A DNA stretch of 64,000 bases. It comes from the human T2T-CHM13v2.0 reference genome, Homo sapiens. A program made the position numbers and the translations under genes. Numbering within the stretch: position 1 is the stretch's first letter; every line of letters begins with the position of its first letter. Of this stretch, positions 28,201-44,209 are shown one piece after another. The DNA is taken from NCBI RefSeq assembly GCF_009914755.1, contig NC_060937.1; one strand, written 5' to 3'. Below the pieces are notes generated by a model. The model was not told the DNA's origin, ran no database searches, and was given only the letters and a program-made list of their open reading frames with translations.

Positions 28201-30757
28201 TTTCTATCATCAGTAGAGGTTTGGGAAGTTCTCTGTTATTATCCTTTTGAATAAACTTTCTACTCCTCTCTGTTTCTCTTCTTCCTCTTTAAGGCCAATA
28301 ACTCAGACTTTCTTTTTTGCCACTATTTTCTAGATCCTGTAGCCATGCTTCATTGTTTTTTGTTCTTTTTTTTTGTCTCCTCTGTCTTCAAGTTAACTAA
28401 TTTTTTCTTCCACTTGATCAATTCTGCTATTAAAATACTGATGCATTCTTCAGTATGCCAACTGCATTTTTCCAGCTCCAGAATTTCTGCTTGATTCTTT
28501 GTAATTATTTCCATTTTTTTGTTAAATTTATCTAATAGAATTCTGAATTCTTTCTCTGCATTATCTTGAACTTCTTTGAGTTCCCTCAAAACAACTATTT
28601 TGAATTCTCTGTCTGAAAGGTCACATATCTCTCTTTCTCCAGGATTGGTCCCTGGTGCCTTATTTAATTTATTTGGTAAAGTTATGTTTTCCTGGATGGT
28701 CTTGATGCTTGTTGATAGTCTGTGTCTAGGTATTGAAGAGTTAGGTATTTATTGTAGTCTTCATGTCTGGGCTTATTTGTACCCATCCTGCTTGGGAAGG
28801 CTTTCTAGGTATTTGAAAGGACTTCGGTGTTGTGCTTTAAGCTGTATCTGCATTAGGGGGCAACCCAAACCCAGCAGCGCTGTGGTTCTTGCAGATTCAT
28901 ACAGGTACTGCCTTGTTGGTCTTGGATAAGATCTGGGAGAATTATCTTGATTACCAGGCATAGACTCTTGTTCTCTTCCCTTACTTTCTCCCAGACAAAC
29001 AGAATCTTTCTCTATCTCTGTTCTGAGCTATCTGGAACTAGTAGTGGGGTATCACTGGGGGTGGTGGCCACTGGAACTGTGCTGGGTCAGACCTGAAGCC
29101 AGCACAGCACTGGATCTCATCCAAGGCCCACTGTAATTACAACCTGGCTACATCTATGTTCACTCAAGGCCCAGGGACTCTACGATCAGCAGGTGGCAAG
29201 GCCAGCAAGGTATGTGTTCTTCCCTTCAGGGTAGTGAGTTCCCCTAGGCCCTGGATGGGTTCACAGGTGCCATCCAGGAACCAGGGACTAGAGTCAAAAA
29301 CCTTAGAAGTTTACCTGGTGTTCTATTGTACTGCAGCTAAGTGGGCACTTAAACCATGAGATGTAATCCCTCCCACTCTTCCTTTCCTCTTCCAGAGGCA
29401 GAGAAGCCTCACCTTGTGGCCACCAACTCCACAGGCAAACTATGAGTACTTCCAAGCTACTGCTAATAATCCCTTAATGCCCAAGGGCTCTTCAGTCAGT
29501 TTGTGATGAATGTTCCCTGGCCTGGGATTCACCTTTCAGGGCAGTGAGCTTCCCTCTGGCTCAAGGTAGGCCCAGAAATGCCATCTAAGAACCAAGGCCT
29601 GGAATCGGGAACCCTAAGAGCCCACTTGGTGCTCTACTCTTCTGTGGCCTAGCTGATACTTAAGGTGCAAAACAAAGTCCCCTTTACTTTTCCCTCCATG
29701 TTTCTCAAGCAGAAGGAGTCTCTCCTCTTAGCCACTACAGCTGGGAATGTGCTGAGTCTCATCCAAAGCCAGCAAGTCACAGAGTTTCACCCAAGGCCCA
29801 TGGTGTACTACCTAGGTATTGCTGCTTGTTATTGAGGGCCCAAAGGCTCTTTGGTAAGCAGCTGATGGGTCCGACTAGGACTGGGTCCTTCCCTTCAAAA
29901 CAGCGGTTCTTTTCTGGCCCAGGGTGTGTCTAGAAATGTTGTCCAGGAGCTAGGGCCTGGAAAGGGGGCTTCATAACTCTGACTGGTGCCCTATCCTGAT
30001 GTAGTTGAGCTGGTATCTGAGATGCAAGATAAAGTCTTCTTTACTCTTCCTTCATCTCCTCAAGCAGAAGGCAGGAGTCTCTTTTGGAGCCACGAGCTGT
30101 GCAGCCTGGGGTTAAGGGAGGTATGGCACAAATATTCCCTTAGCTGCCTCAGCCTGCTGAGACACCAGCTGGGGCAGCTACTTAGGGCCCTAGAGCAGTT
30201 TAGTCCATGGTGGTGAGGCTTGATGGAACTGAAGTTCTTACTGCCAGGATGGGCAATTCTCCTCTAGCTAGGGCTGGTTTAAATACTCCCTCCATGGGTA
30301 GGTGTCAGCTGAGTTCAGTCTGGTTTTGCTTTCCATTAAAATGTGGCAACACCAAGTTCAATGCAATGTGCCACAGTTGTGGTGCTCACCCTCTCCCAAG
30401 CACTCAGATTCCTTCTCGGCACCACATAGCCACTACTGTGGGATAGGGGAAGGGGTGGCACTGGCAATTCAGGACTCTTTCCTACCCTCTTCAATGCCTC
30501 TTTCAATGGTAGATGTTAAAACCAGGTACTGTACTCACTTGATTTTTTATTCTTATGAAGGCCCTTTTTTGTGTAGATAGTTGTTAAATTGGTGTCCTTG
30601 CAGTGGGGGACTGTTGGTAGAGCCTTCGATTTGGCTATCTTGCTCTACCCCCTCCTCCACTTCATTTATTTTTATTGCCACATAATATTCCATTGTATGG
30701 ATATACCACATTTTATTTATTCATTCATCAGTTCATGGACATTTGGGTTGTTTCCAC

Positions 30758-31746
30758 TGCAGAAGCCAAAAGAAATCTCCCTTTTGCTCACTGAAAGTTT
30801 GCTGAAAATGACGGAGGAAAGAAAAAAAAAAGCAGATCAGGGTGTAGCTGCACCATTTTATATTTCCATCAGGGGTATGTGATGGTTTTAATTTCTCCAT
30901 AGACCTGCCAGCACTTACTATTTGACTTTCTGATTCTAGCCATCCTGGTGGTTGTGAAGTATTTCATTATGGCTTTGATTTGCATTTCCCTTATGGCTAG
31001 TAATGTTGAGCATGTTTTTATGTGTTTATTGGCCAAGTCCCAGCTACTTGGGAGGCTGAGGTGAGAAGATTGCTTGCCAGGAATTCAAGTCCAGCCTTGG
31101 CAACATAGCAAGACCCCGTTCTTAAGAAATAAAATAAAATAAAATAAAATAAAATACAGATTAACAGGAGAAAAGGTATACAAATTTATTAAAGCATGAT
31201 TTCATGAGACATGGGATCCTGTAGAATGAAGACCCAAAGATGCAAGGGAAACTGTTTTATTTTTATTTTTATGCTTAGGTTCAACAAAGTATGGAAAGCC
31301 ATGTAGAAATATGATTGGACAAAAAGGGTATAATCTAATGCTAACAGACCAAATGTGGAAATCCAGCAAGGCCTGTCTGTGCAGATTCTTCTTGGTATCT
31401 ATGAGCATGCATTTTTCTCTATTGGGTATGGGGCAAGATCCTCTCTTGTGGTGTTATGACCTACAATCAAAGTAGATCAGATCATTTCTTTATGATCAGG
31501 TTTTATGCAGAAATGTGGAGATGGGGGTAAAGTTACAGTAATATTTTTAGGTTTTATGGCTGGCTTTTAGCTTTTTATAGGGGAAAGGGATTTCTGGTTT
31601 CTATGACCTGTCTTGGGGAAGAGGAATTCCAGTTTCTATGGCTAACCTCAGGTGAGAAGGAAGAGTCAGAAACAGGAGGGCAGGAGGTCAGAGAGAGCTG
31701 CTTCTGATACCATTCATTTTGGGGTATTGTTTTCTGACAGCCCACA
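30758..31746 (-). mobile_element. MER39/MER34-group ERV1 LTR inserted in L1MB, itself interrupted at 30838-31156
   Basis: TG...CA termini, flanks CCAC/TCAC; antisense similarity to 17332-17929; L1MB resumes after it. Confidence 0.78.
31035..31156 (+). mobile_element. FLAM/Alu monomer body with (AAAAT)n tail
   Basis: AGTCCCAGCTACTTGGGAGGCTGAGG...GGCAACATAGCAAGACCCCG. Confidence 0.88.
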
Positions 31747-32925
<1,179 letters not shown>

Positions 32926-33961
32926 CCCATTTTGTTTTGTTTTTTACTGAAACAACTTTGCTGGGGGAGATATTGATATGAGGGGAAAAAAACAGAGAAA
33001 CAAAAAAAAAAGGAAGCAGTGTAAAAAATCCAACTATTTCTGAATGGCAACAGAATATAGCTCCACTTTGTTCAATGCTTACATTCTCTATTTTAGTGTA
33101 CACTGGCCAATTAGTCTCTTAGATTATTACTTGGCATCATGTACTTTAAATATCTAATTCTGTCTTAAAGCAAACAAAATAGAGACCCCTGAGAAGTATG
33201 CTAGCTCTGGACAATTGGAAAGATCCTAATATTTGCCATAATTCAACAATTCATCAGCTTTATTTCTTCAAAGACTAAGACTTTTACCAAACTTGAGAAG
33301 TCTATTAAAATTGTAGTTATAAAATAAATAACCTGTTGAGGACATTGCTTTTTTTCTTGCAGAGCCATGGCATCTGTTTCAGGGCTGCAACTTAGGAAGT
33401 TGCTCAGCCCCCAGTATAGCCTTTCACTAAACCTCTCAATTGAGCAAGATTGTCCACTTACAATGGTATAGCATCACGACATGTGTCAGAAATTGCAGAA
33501 GCTGTAACTCAAAGACTCTCCTTTGCAAATAGCCAGAGATCTCTTGTCAATAAGAAAGAAAAGAGGAAATGCATGTTCCCTGACAACACAGGATTAATTC
33601 AGACACACCAGCCTTGGCCAGATTGGTTTTCATTGTGTGACTGATATAAAGCCAAGGCTGAATCCTGTTCACAAGAAGATTTACAGCAATGCTTACCAAT
33701 GACTGGGAGAAAGGGCAAGTCGACTCTGATTATAGAAGCTACTTCTTCAGTACAGTCTCCAAGTTCAATTTTATTTCCATTTGGTTCCCATTGAATATCA
33801 GTATATGCAAAGCTTTGTTATGTGTATTGTGGGGAGGAGAGAGATATAAAGATGAATATAGTAAAGGCACAATCCTCACTGTAATGAAGTTTGTAATTCT
33901 GGGCTTTGCCAGAACTGAATGTTGAAGGAACTGAAAAAAATTATGGACTTTTATTATCCCA

Positions 33962-34641
33962 TGTTTGGGGTCTGCAAGACAATGGTTGGATTCAGTGATT
34001 CACTGGAAGGACTCATAAAACTCAGCAAAACTTTTATAACCTTGATTATGATTTATTACAGTGAAAGGATACAGATTAAAATCAATAACACAAAAAGGTA
34101 CATAGGATAAAATACAGGAGAGAACAGGCATGAGTTTTCACTTGTTCTTTCCCAGTGGGGACAGATGGAAATAATTCTCCCAGCAGCAATGTGTGATAAC
34201 ATGTTCACACAGTATTGCCAACAAAGGAAGCTCACCTGAGCCTTGGTGCCCAGGGTATATTTGAGAAGGAGTTGTCATCTTGGCATGACAGACTGCCAAT
34301 ATGGTTGACCTTACTCTAGCCTCTCCAGAGATCAAGTTGATAGGATGGGGGCCTAAGGCCCCAGGTCTACTGCCATTTGCCAGGTATCCTCTTGTTCATG
34401 TACAGGTCAGAGGGGCTGTGAAACAGGCCTGTGAAACAGGCCTAAGGCCCCCCATCATAAGTCACATTGTTAGCATGAAGCATCTTGTGTGGCCCAAGGC
34501 TCCCAGGTGACACTCTTATCAGGCAGGATATTCCAAAGGCTTAGAGGTTATGCTCCAGGAGCCAAGCAGGGGCCAAATCTTTCTTTGAAGTGTATAGGGT
34601 TTGAACGACTTAGACTTACTGAGACAATCCTTTACTATACA
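33962..34641 (-). mobile_element. MER77/MER68-family ERVL LTR
   Basis: Reverse complement begins TGTATAGTAAAGG and contains ATAACCTCTAAGCC..GGAATATCCTGCCTGATAAGAGTGTC. Confidence 0.8.
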
Positions 34642-34816
34642 CTGCCCAAAAGCATTCTTATTTTTAAAAAAGAAAAAAAAAGACACTATAGATAGGTCTA
34701 AAGCACCACTTTCCATGTCAGTAGCATCTTTATAAAGGCAATGTTCATTTGGGTGCTATTCCTGGAAGCTCTGTTGTAGAGTGCATTGTGGCTGTCTCTC
34801 CAAACAGCTCTCTCAA

Positions 34817-35014
34817 CTTGCTATGTAAAGGACACTTTCTGGAGGGTGGGCATAGGGATCCACCATCTCCCATCCACCCAAGACATGGCTTCTGTTCCTA
34901 AGTCCTTACTAAATGTTTCTTTCTGAGAAACTGGATTTGCCAAAGAAATGGTCTCTCAGTTCTCTTGGCCTTTGAGGGTAGGTTTGCATAGACCCAGTTA
35001 CTCACTGCCAAACA
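34817..35014 (+). mobile_element. 5' LTR (LTR47-type), most of U3 missing
   Basis: Colinear with 44012-44209 (about 85-87% by eye over the best block); ends in ACA and is followed by a TGG PBS-like site. Confidence 0.85.
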
Positions 35015-35107
35015 GTAAATTGGAGCAAGGGCCAGTTACCCAGGATCTCCTTTAAGAGATATGTGAGCCTGCCAGTAGCTGAGAGATCAAGAAATGGGTA
35101 AAGGGAA

Positions 35108-36570
35108 TGAGGCAACTGTGGGGGAAATCCCAGGGTGGCCAGTCACTTGTATTTGGAATGGTGTGGCTCACCGTTTAGATGCTTGTAGACTACTGTGTGG
35201 GTCCACAAACATCTGAAGGGTGAGTGTACTCTGAAAATGCCAAAAAGTTTAGAATGATTGTTAACCAAACTGAGAGCCATACATCACACTGTGGTTGGGA
35301 AGGGATGCTAGCAGCCACTGCAGTGGGTTGGCTAGTTCTTTGGGCCACTCGTTTGGCAACAGAGGCCCAGTTAGCATTGGAAGTGAAAATTAAATGGCTA
35401 GAGGAGAACATGAGCCTTTCCACTTCTCTCCTTGCCTCAAATCTGGTGGACAAAATCAAGGAGCAAGAAACAAAGCTTGAAATATTAGCATGTAGATTTG
35501 TCTATTTAGGGGAAGAGCTGGAAATGACAAAAAATCAGGGCTATCATAACTAAGCCTGATTGGAATATAAAAATATGGAATCTTTGGAAATATTACAAAT
35601 AGGAAAATCTTGATGATATAGAGGTCATTGATAATGATGAGGGGATGAAGAGCATTGGCAAGCTTGCCCTCTCATGCAAAGGAAAGCTAAAGCTCAATAC
35701 CTGCAGCAAAATGGGATCAACTAATACAGGAGACACTCACTATCAGGGAATATACTGCTGCAGAACTCTTAGAGATTGCAAAGACCTTTAAACAACTACC
35801 TAGGGAACACTTCAACACTTGGATGGTCCAATAGTGGGACATAGTGGTTGACGGTATTTTCTTAGCCAAGAATAAAGTAGAAAAAATGAGAAATATCACC
35901 ACCCACCCAGCCCTGCAGCAACACCTTGCTAATGCAAGGCAAACACAAGGGAATCATAGCTTCATGGACTGGATCATTCTAGCTATAAGAGAGGTTTGGC
36001 TTAATGAAGGACATTTACCAAGAGGGATGAGCTCTTCGCAGTCAATCAAAGAGACCCCAGGGGCTTCTCTGATAATTGGGACTGAGGCAAACCATCTATG
36101 CTCAGGTTTCCGTGGGACCAGATAAGGCAGATTTTACTGCCGGGATGAAAAATAGATTGCCATGGGGTACATGAAGAGAATGGCATGGCCCTTTGCTGTG
36201 TTTTTTGAGTTCTTTAGTGGGACAAGACATATATAATGTGGGAGAAGCCATCACAGTTTTGGAAGAAAACAAGAAAGCCAGGGACAGGGTATGCTTGGTA
36301 ATCTGACAAGGACTAACAAAGGGGAAAAAGAAAGCCCCACTAAGAGAAGGAGAATGAAGGGGGAAGGAGACTGACAAGTCAAGCATAAGCAAATGCAGCA
36401 TGATTTATTGGGAGCTGGAACACCCTGAGAAAAAAATAGACAAACAAACTAATGCTGTATTAGTAGCCTTATAGAGGGAATTAAAGCCTGAACTGCAGTT
36501 TTGTCTCTTCCCTTCTTCCCCTCCATCAGACGAGGAAGATGACTCAACCCCTTATTCTAATGCCTTGGCT
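35108..36570 (+). pseudogene. gag remnant
   Basis: Lies between leader and pro; fragments 35224-35553 (coiled-coil-like) and 35844-36125; many stops; boundaries approximate. Confidence 0.6.
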
Positions 36571-37125
36571 TATTAGGGGTGGATTTTGCCCTGGCCCCAA
36601 GATTAGGAGTGGGGCCAAGGTTGACCCCATGTTCCAGCAGTAGGACAGAATGTACTTTAATCCATGGAAATCCAGAAAGACACGCTGTCAGCGGACCACC
36701 ACTGATGGTTATGAGGGCCTTAGTATCCCAATAAAAAGAACTTTATACATCTAGGTATTGGAAAAGCTCCCCCTGCCCCATATATGGCGTTTATTTCCTC
36801 TATTCCAGAAAACATTTTGAGCATGGATATTCTGTTAGGAAGGACTTTGCAAACTTCAGTGGGATAATTCAAATGAAGGTATGTGTAGTAAAAGCATTCT
36901 CAGGAGAGAGGCAAAACGGGAACCCATACTATTCCCTGCCCCTAGTCAAGCTGTCAACATTAAACAATACAAACTGCTTGGGAATCATGCTGAAATAAGT
37001 GCAACTGTTGAGGAACTGGCAAAGGTGCATATTATCTGTCCAGCTCAAAGCCTATTTCACAGCCCCATCTGACCGGTACATGAACCAGAGGATACCTGGC
37101 AAATGGCAGTAGACCTGGGAATTGA

Positions 37126-38306
<1,181 letters not shown>

Positions 38307-38625
38307 CCGGCCTGTGGTTCTTAATATTAGTTAAACAGTTGATGACATAGTATCTGTGCTGGGGACACATCACACTGTCTCAGATTTGGCTAACGCCTTT
38401 TTCAGCACTCCTCCATTGAACAATCACAAGACCAATTTGCTTTTCCCTGGCAAGGCTGCTAGTGGACTTTTCACCTGTTGCCCCAGGGATGTCTTCAAAG
38501 TCCTACCATTTGTCAAGGAATGGTGGCTAGAGACTTGTCTTTTTTCTCACTCCTATCCTTTCTTTCTTCGTTTCATTATATTGATGACATTTTGTTAGCC
38601 TCTGAAGATTTTAATGTGTTACAGG

Positions 38626-39708
38626 TGTAAAAGAAAATGAAACCTTGGGACCCCAAACTCAGTATGCCAAGGAGAAAGTTAAGCCTGGAAAATAAGTCGT
38701 GCAACACTGCCTTCCTTTTTTCCCTTAACCAGAGAGGTGTAACTTCACAACACTCTGTCACAGCATTATACCTAAGCCAAGTTCCAACAATGGAAAAAGG
38801 TCATGTACCTGCCCAGATAGCCTGCCTCACAAATTGCTTACAAGAAAATTCCTTGTTAGCCCTGAAATCATTCAAGATACATGTCCCCCTACAAAATCAG
38901 CCATGCCAATTGTAACCGTGGGTCTGCAACCAAAGTTTTAACTCCTAAAACTGATTTCTGTTAAATCTCACACTGACAATATTGATGACAAACTTATCTA
39001 GCTTGTCTTCCCAGGCACAGACCAAGGGCAAGACAATAAATCACTCCTCTGCCTATGTTGAGATGGATGCATAATTAACTTCTTTTTCCTCTACTCCCTC
39101 TTTTCTTTCATTCTTTCCTTTTTTAATTTTATTTATTTATTTTTTTAATGGTTCACTCCAACACCCAGGCTGGAGTGCAGTGGCATGATCACAGCTCACT
39201 GCAGCCTCAACTTCCTGGGCTCAGGTGATTTTTCCCACCTCAGCCTCCTGAGTAACTGAGACCACAGGCACATATCACCACGCCTGGCTAATTTTCGTGT
39301 TTTCAGTAGAGATGGAGTTTTGTTATGTTGCCCAGGCTGGTCTCGAACACTTGGGCTCAAGCAATCTGCCCACTTTGCCATCTTAAAGTGCTGGGATTAC
39401 AGGCATGAGCCACTGCACCTGGGCTACTCCTTCTTTTCAAATGTTTACCTTATCTTATCTAAAATGTAGATTTACTGAGTGTTAATTAGAGCTTCACAAG
39501 AATGTAAACATTTGCCTCACTGCCTACCCTCCCTTTCTTTTTCCCTCCTTCTTGCTCTTTCACCCTTAAACACTGAGTTCCCAAGCCCTCTTTGAAAAGC
39601 ACAGGACACAGACGTTCCTGTGGCTTGTGTTTTTCCCAGTGCATCCTCAAACGTTGGCTCAATAAACATCTACTGATAGAGACATCTGCCTAACTTTTTT
39701 GGTTAACA
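38626..39708 (+). mobile_element. MER4-group ERV1 solo LTR inserted in RT, containing an AluJ at 39106-39424
   Basis: TGTAAAAGAAAA..GGGACCCCAAACTCA..AATAAA..GGTTAACA; perfect TSD CAGG; Alu TSD TACTCC.TCTTTTC. Confidence 0.88.
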
Positions 39709-39850
39709 CAGGAAAGCCTTATAGCATTGTGTGTTCATCTATGGGAACAAGGATGGGTAATCAATCCTCAGAATATCCAGGGCCCAGGATCTGCAGTGAA
39801 GTTCTCAGGAGAAGACTGGTTTCATACCGGGTACAGTAATTGACAAAGTC

Positions 39851-40221
39851 TATATTAGTTTGTTCTCATGCTGCTAATAAAGACATACCCGAGACCTGGT
39901 AGTTTATAAAGGAAGGAGGTTTAATTGACTCACAGTTCAGCATGGCTGGGAGGCCTCAGGAAACTTATAATCATGGCAGAAGGGGAAGCAAACATGTCCT
40001 TCTTCACATGGCAGCAGGAAGGAGAAGTGCCAAATGAAGCAGGAAGTCCCTTATAAAACCATCAGATCTCGTGAGAACTCACTCACTATCATGAGAACAG
40101 CATGGTAGAAACTGCCCCCATGATTCAATTATCTCCACCTGGTCCCTCCCATGACACATGGGGATTATGGAAACTACAATTCAAGATGAGATTTGGGTGG
40201 GGATACAGGCAAACCATATCA
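39851..40221 (-). mobile_element. THE1D/MSTA MaLR LTR inserted in pol
   Basis: TATTAGTTTGTTCTCATGCTGCTAATAAAGACATACC...AAACCATATCA; 5-bp TSD AAGTC/AAATC. Confidence 0.93.
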
Positions 40222-42417
40222 AAATCCAACAACTTCAAACTCAGAAAATAGTAAAAGAAGTCCAAACATGTGTGGGTCTTTTGGGCTGTTGGAAAGAACT
40301 TATTCCACACTTAGCCCAATGTTTAAGACAACTTATTCGAAATGGGACTATAGAATTATTAGAAATGGGACACATTGGGATTGGGACACGCCTCAGCAGG
40401 AAGTTTGTGAACAGGCTAAAGTGCTAGTACAGCATGCACAAGCCTTAGGCACCCCTTTAGAGGGTTCAGCTAGGACTTTGGATGTTACTGCTCCTCCTGA
40501 GGGTATGAATTGGACCTAGGATTTTGGTCACAATTGTGGAAAGGGGCTGAAACCAGATACACTCCCATTGAACAAGTGCCAGCAGTATTTAATGCTTTAC
40601 TGAAGGTGGAACCATTAACAAAGACCCTTCTTGCGTATGTGAGAACAGGCCTACCAATCAAGGGATGGATAGAAGGATTGTTTAAAAGACCCATCTCTGC
40701 TGGAACCCAGACACCTACCTTGAATAAATGACATGCCTATTTGCAGTGATGAAGGGTTCTGGTAACAAGTTCATTGAGCCCAGAATTGCATGCTATGTTA
40801 GGCCCTGTTACATATGAGCAACTACTACTCAGTTGCTTCTCCAGTGCCTGACAGCATAAGAGAAGGAGTGTTACTCATCCGGATGATGCTTGGTATACAG
40901 ACAGCTCCAGCAGGGGATATCCCTGTATTTGAACTGCTGTGGCAATACAACCACAAACTGACACTATCTGGCTTGATACGGGTACAATCAGAGTAATCAA
41001 TGGGCTGAATTGCAGACTGCTTGGTTAGTAACGACACGTGAGCCTTGGCCCCTTACCACCTGTACTGATCATCGGGCTGTCTTTTAAGGTTTAACTATGT
41101 GGCTAGCCTAAAGGGAATGAGAAAAATGGATAATTATGCACAGACTCATATGGGGCATGAACATGTGGCAAGACACATGGGAGAAGCTGCAACACCCTAT
41201 GGCCTATTTAATTGTATTTAAAGTGGCCCCAAACACAAAAGTCTCAGTTCTGGGAAATATAGAAGCAACACCCTAACATCGTGTTGGCCCAGGCCACTGA
41301 ACAAGCAACCTAGGTATATAACAAGTGGTCACAGAAGTACAAGAGTAGCCTGGGAGATAGCCAAGGGGGCAGACTACCCTTAAAATATAGTGACTTCCCA
41401 ACAGTTGTAACAAACGGTTTACCATGTTTGCGATTGTGTCTACATATGTGTCCTGCTTGATAGACCCCATCAAGCAGGACACATTTATAAGGCTGTCCAC
41501 CCTGTCAAAGACTGGCAAGTGGATAGACAGGATCTCTCCATGTAAGTCAAGGTAAAAAGTATGTATTGACCTGTGTAGATGCTGCTACTGGACTGCCGCA
41601 AAGTTTTCCTTGTAAGCAAGCAAATCAAACCAGTACTATTAAAGGATTAGGGGCTCTTGGTACTATGTATGGATATCCATGGCACATTGACAGTGACTCA
41701 GGGATCCATTTTGCTGGACGTGACCCTCAGGATTGGGCCAGGGAGCATGATATAGCAGGGCATTTCCACCTCCCACATAAACCCCAAGCAGTAGGGTCAA
41801 TTGAGAGAAAACAATGGCCTATTAAAAGCACGACTTCAAACTTTACTGGGGAATCCTGTCTTGCACAGGTAGATGAATGTGTTATCTGCAGCCTTTATCT
41901 CTTTAAATTCAGCCAGAGGGAGGACATGTGCCCCATAGACAGGTTGGTACAACTGCCCCCAAAACCTACCACTGTGCATATATGGATGACTGAGATAACA
42001 GCTTTGCTCCCAGACCTCATTGATAATCAGCCTGCTTTGCACATGAAGATGCCAATGGATATAGTACCGGGGAGGGGATACTCTACTGGGGCTTAGAATA
42101 GCAAATATCCCCAGGCTGATTAGACTATTTCCTGCCAGAGAGTAGGGAGTATCTTGGACAGTTAGAGTGGTCACCACTGAACTCACTGAACACCAGATCT
42201 ATGGTCATGTGCTGTAAGTGTTCAGGAGAAATGCTCACACCCTATGGCATGGTGGTGGGTTCCTTGGTATGGTGAACTCCCAACTAAATTACTCCAACTA
42301 CAGTTGCTAACATTTCGTCCTCTGAGCAACATGTATGGTATACTGCTCCTTTGAAAAACACAAGAGCTGCATCTTTGTTAATGACCCTCAATAAAGCAAC
42401 TAGTGTAATCCTAACAG

Positions 42418-43720
42418 ATGGAGACCTTCCCTGCCAGTACCCGCTGTTTCTTTCTTTTCATCTTTAGTTGTTATGTTCTGTCACCATTATTACCAGCTGT
42501 CACCTATGAAGCAAACCTTTTCCTACAATGGGCCAAGACTATGCTGGTGGCTCACAGAAAAACACCCGTTGGGTATGCAGCCTCATGCCACTCTCCGGTG
42601 TTTCTGGCCTACAGTGATGGGTAGTTCCCTTCCAAGGATGACAGATAGAATATCAGGAATATATTATTGCTTTTCACATTTACATGATGGTATTGAATAC
42701 AATGTGACTAGAGATAAAATAACCTCATGCCCCATTAATATTATTCTTTCTGAGAAGGGACATGGGAGGAGTTTTTCTGTCAATGAAAATAACTCAGTCT
42801 CAGCCTGAAACACTTCAGTTAAAGAACGAAATGATCTGATACTGCAATGAAAATAACCCAAATATAGAATGAATTTATTTGGTTAACTATCTTTTGGCCA
42901 GCCTAGTCAACTTGTCCCCCTATGTTGGAAACAAAAGAATAATTCTAAAGCTATCTGTCCAAATAGAACAAGGGATATAAGATGGACACCAAGAGACAGA
43001 TGTTTATATATTATAATATTAAAAGTATGGATTCGCATGCTACAGAATGGGTAATATATCCAGGCATCTCTTGGTTGGCCCACATGGAACTTCCTGGATG
43101 CATGGCACAAATTAATATGTTCTTTCGGTTACACACGGGTGCAAGGTCAGATAGTTCACACTCTTTCAAAGCCTGGGAATTTCCTTCATTTGGAATCCCA
43201 TTGGGCCCAATCTGTTTTCTATCGGTACAACAACTTAGCTTCTATTTTCCTTCCTCAACGGGACATCAAAGATGTTATTTAGCATGTGGAAGCTGTAACA
43301 AATTATACAAAGAAAGCTTTTAATAATAGCCACAAGAGAATCTCTCTCTGAAACACAGAAGTCACTCTCATGAGAAAGTCTGTCCTCCAAAAGCACATGG
43401 CTTTAGACGTGCTCACTGTTACACAAGGGGGGCTTGTGCAATCATAAAAACTGAATGCTATGTTTATATTCCTGATGAATCAGATAACATCACTAAATTA
43501 ATGACTGATATGAAAACCCAAATAACCACTCTTTCAGACCAAACCCCTCTTTTGAATGACTGGTTTTGGGCAGGTTTGGATGAAGCTAGTTCTTGGTTTA
43601 GGTATTAAATGCATATGTTGTTTACTGCCCTGCTTTGCCTTTACTGTTGTCATGGCAGCTCCAATGGAGCCAATGCACTATTGCTAAAGCTATACAATAT
43701 CAAGCATCCTCCATCTAGGT
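42418..43720 (+). pseudogene. env remnant, gammaretrovirus-type
   Basis: Hydrophobic leader then NLFLQWA; RWVC (decayed CWVC) at 42567-42578; ISD-like LQKHMALDVLTVTQGG from 43385; CAIIKTECYVYIPD (decayed CX6CC) from 43435. Confidence 0.88.
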
Positions 43721-43783
43721 GCAGGGACTATCCCAGAAGAGGAGGGCACATGAGATTGTAAGGACCAGTTTTATAGGGTGGAG

Positions 43784-44209
43784 TATAAGAGAATATCCTG
43801 TTGTATGGCAAGAGTGATACCACCTTGAAGTGAAACTATCATAATGACCAATGTTTGACTCCTGTAGACCAAGGCATTCTGCAGCAAGGTCAAGAAACAA
43901 GGACTGCAGCATAGATAACCCCTCATAAAGATGCTTACCTAGCTTTTCCACTAGTCATGAGTTTTGCCGAGGGTCGGAGACATGACCAGTGACACGTTTC
44001 ACCAAAACAAATTGCTATGTAAAAAATACTTTCTGGAGGGTGGGTACAGGGATCTACCATCTCTCAGCTTCCCAAGACATGGCTTCTTTTCATAAGTCCC
44101 TATTAAATGTTTCTTTCTGAGAAATTGGATTTGTGAGTCTTTTTCTTTGGCTTCTCAGCAAACTCAGCCTTTGGGGATAGGTTTGCACAGAGCTGCTCAT
44201 TGTGGAACA
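43784..44209 (+). mobile_element. 3' LTR (LTR47-type), complete
   Basis: Follows the PPT; GCAAGAGTGATACCACCTTGAAG..ATTAAA..TGTGGAACA. Confidence 0.88.

Noticed and set aside
35021-35038. Assigning a specific primer tRNA to the PBS
   Set aside because: Both copies are too diverged to match a tRNA 3' end reliably without a search.
41566-42096. 176-aa ORF as a domesticated integrase
   Set aside because: It starts at a non-ATG codon, frameshifts after SIERK, and is surrounded by stops, [14 protein letters not shown] neutral decay.
42418-43720. Syncytin-like domesticated env
   Set aside because: Multiple frameshifts and stops, and the CXXC and CX6CC cysteines are mutated.
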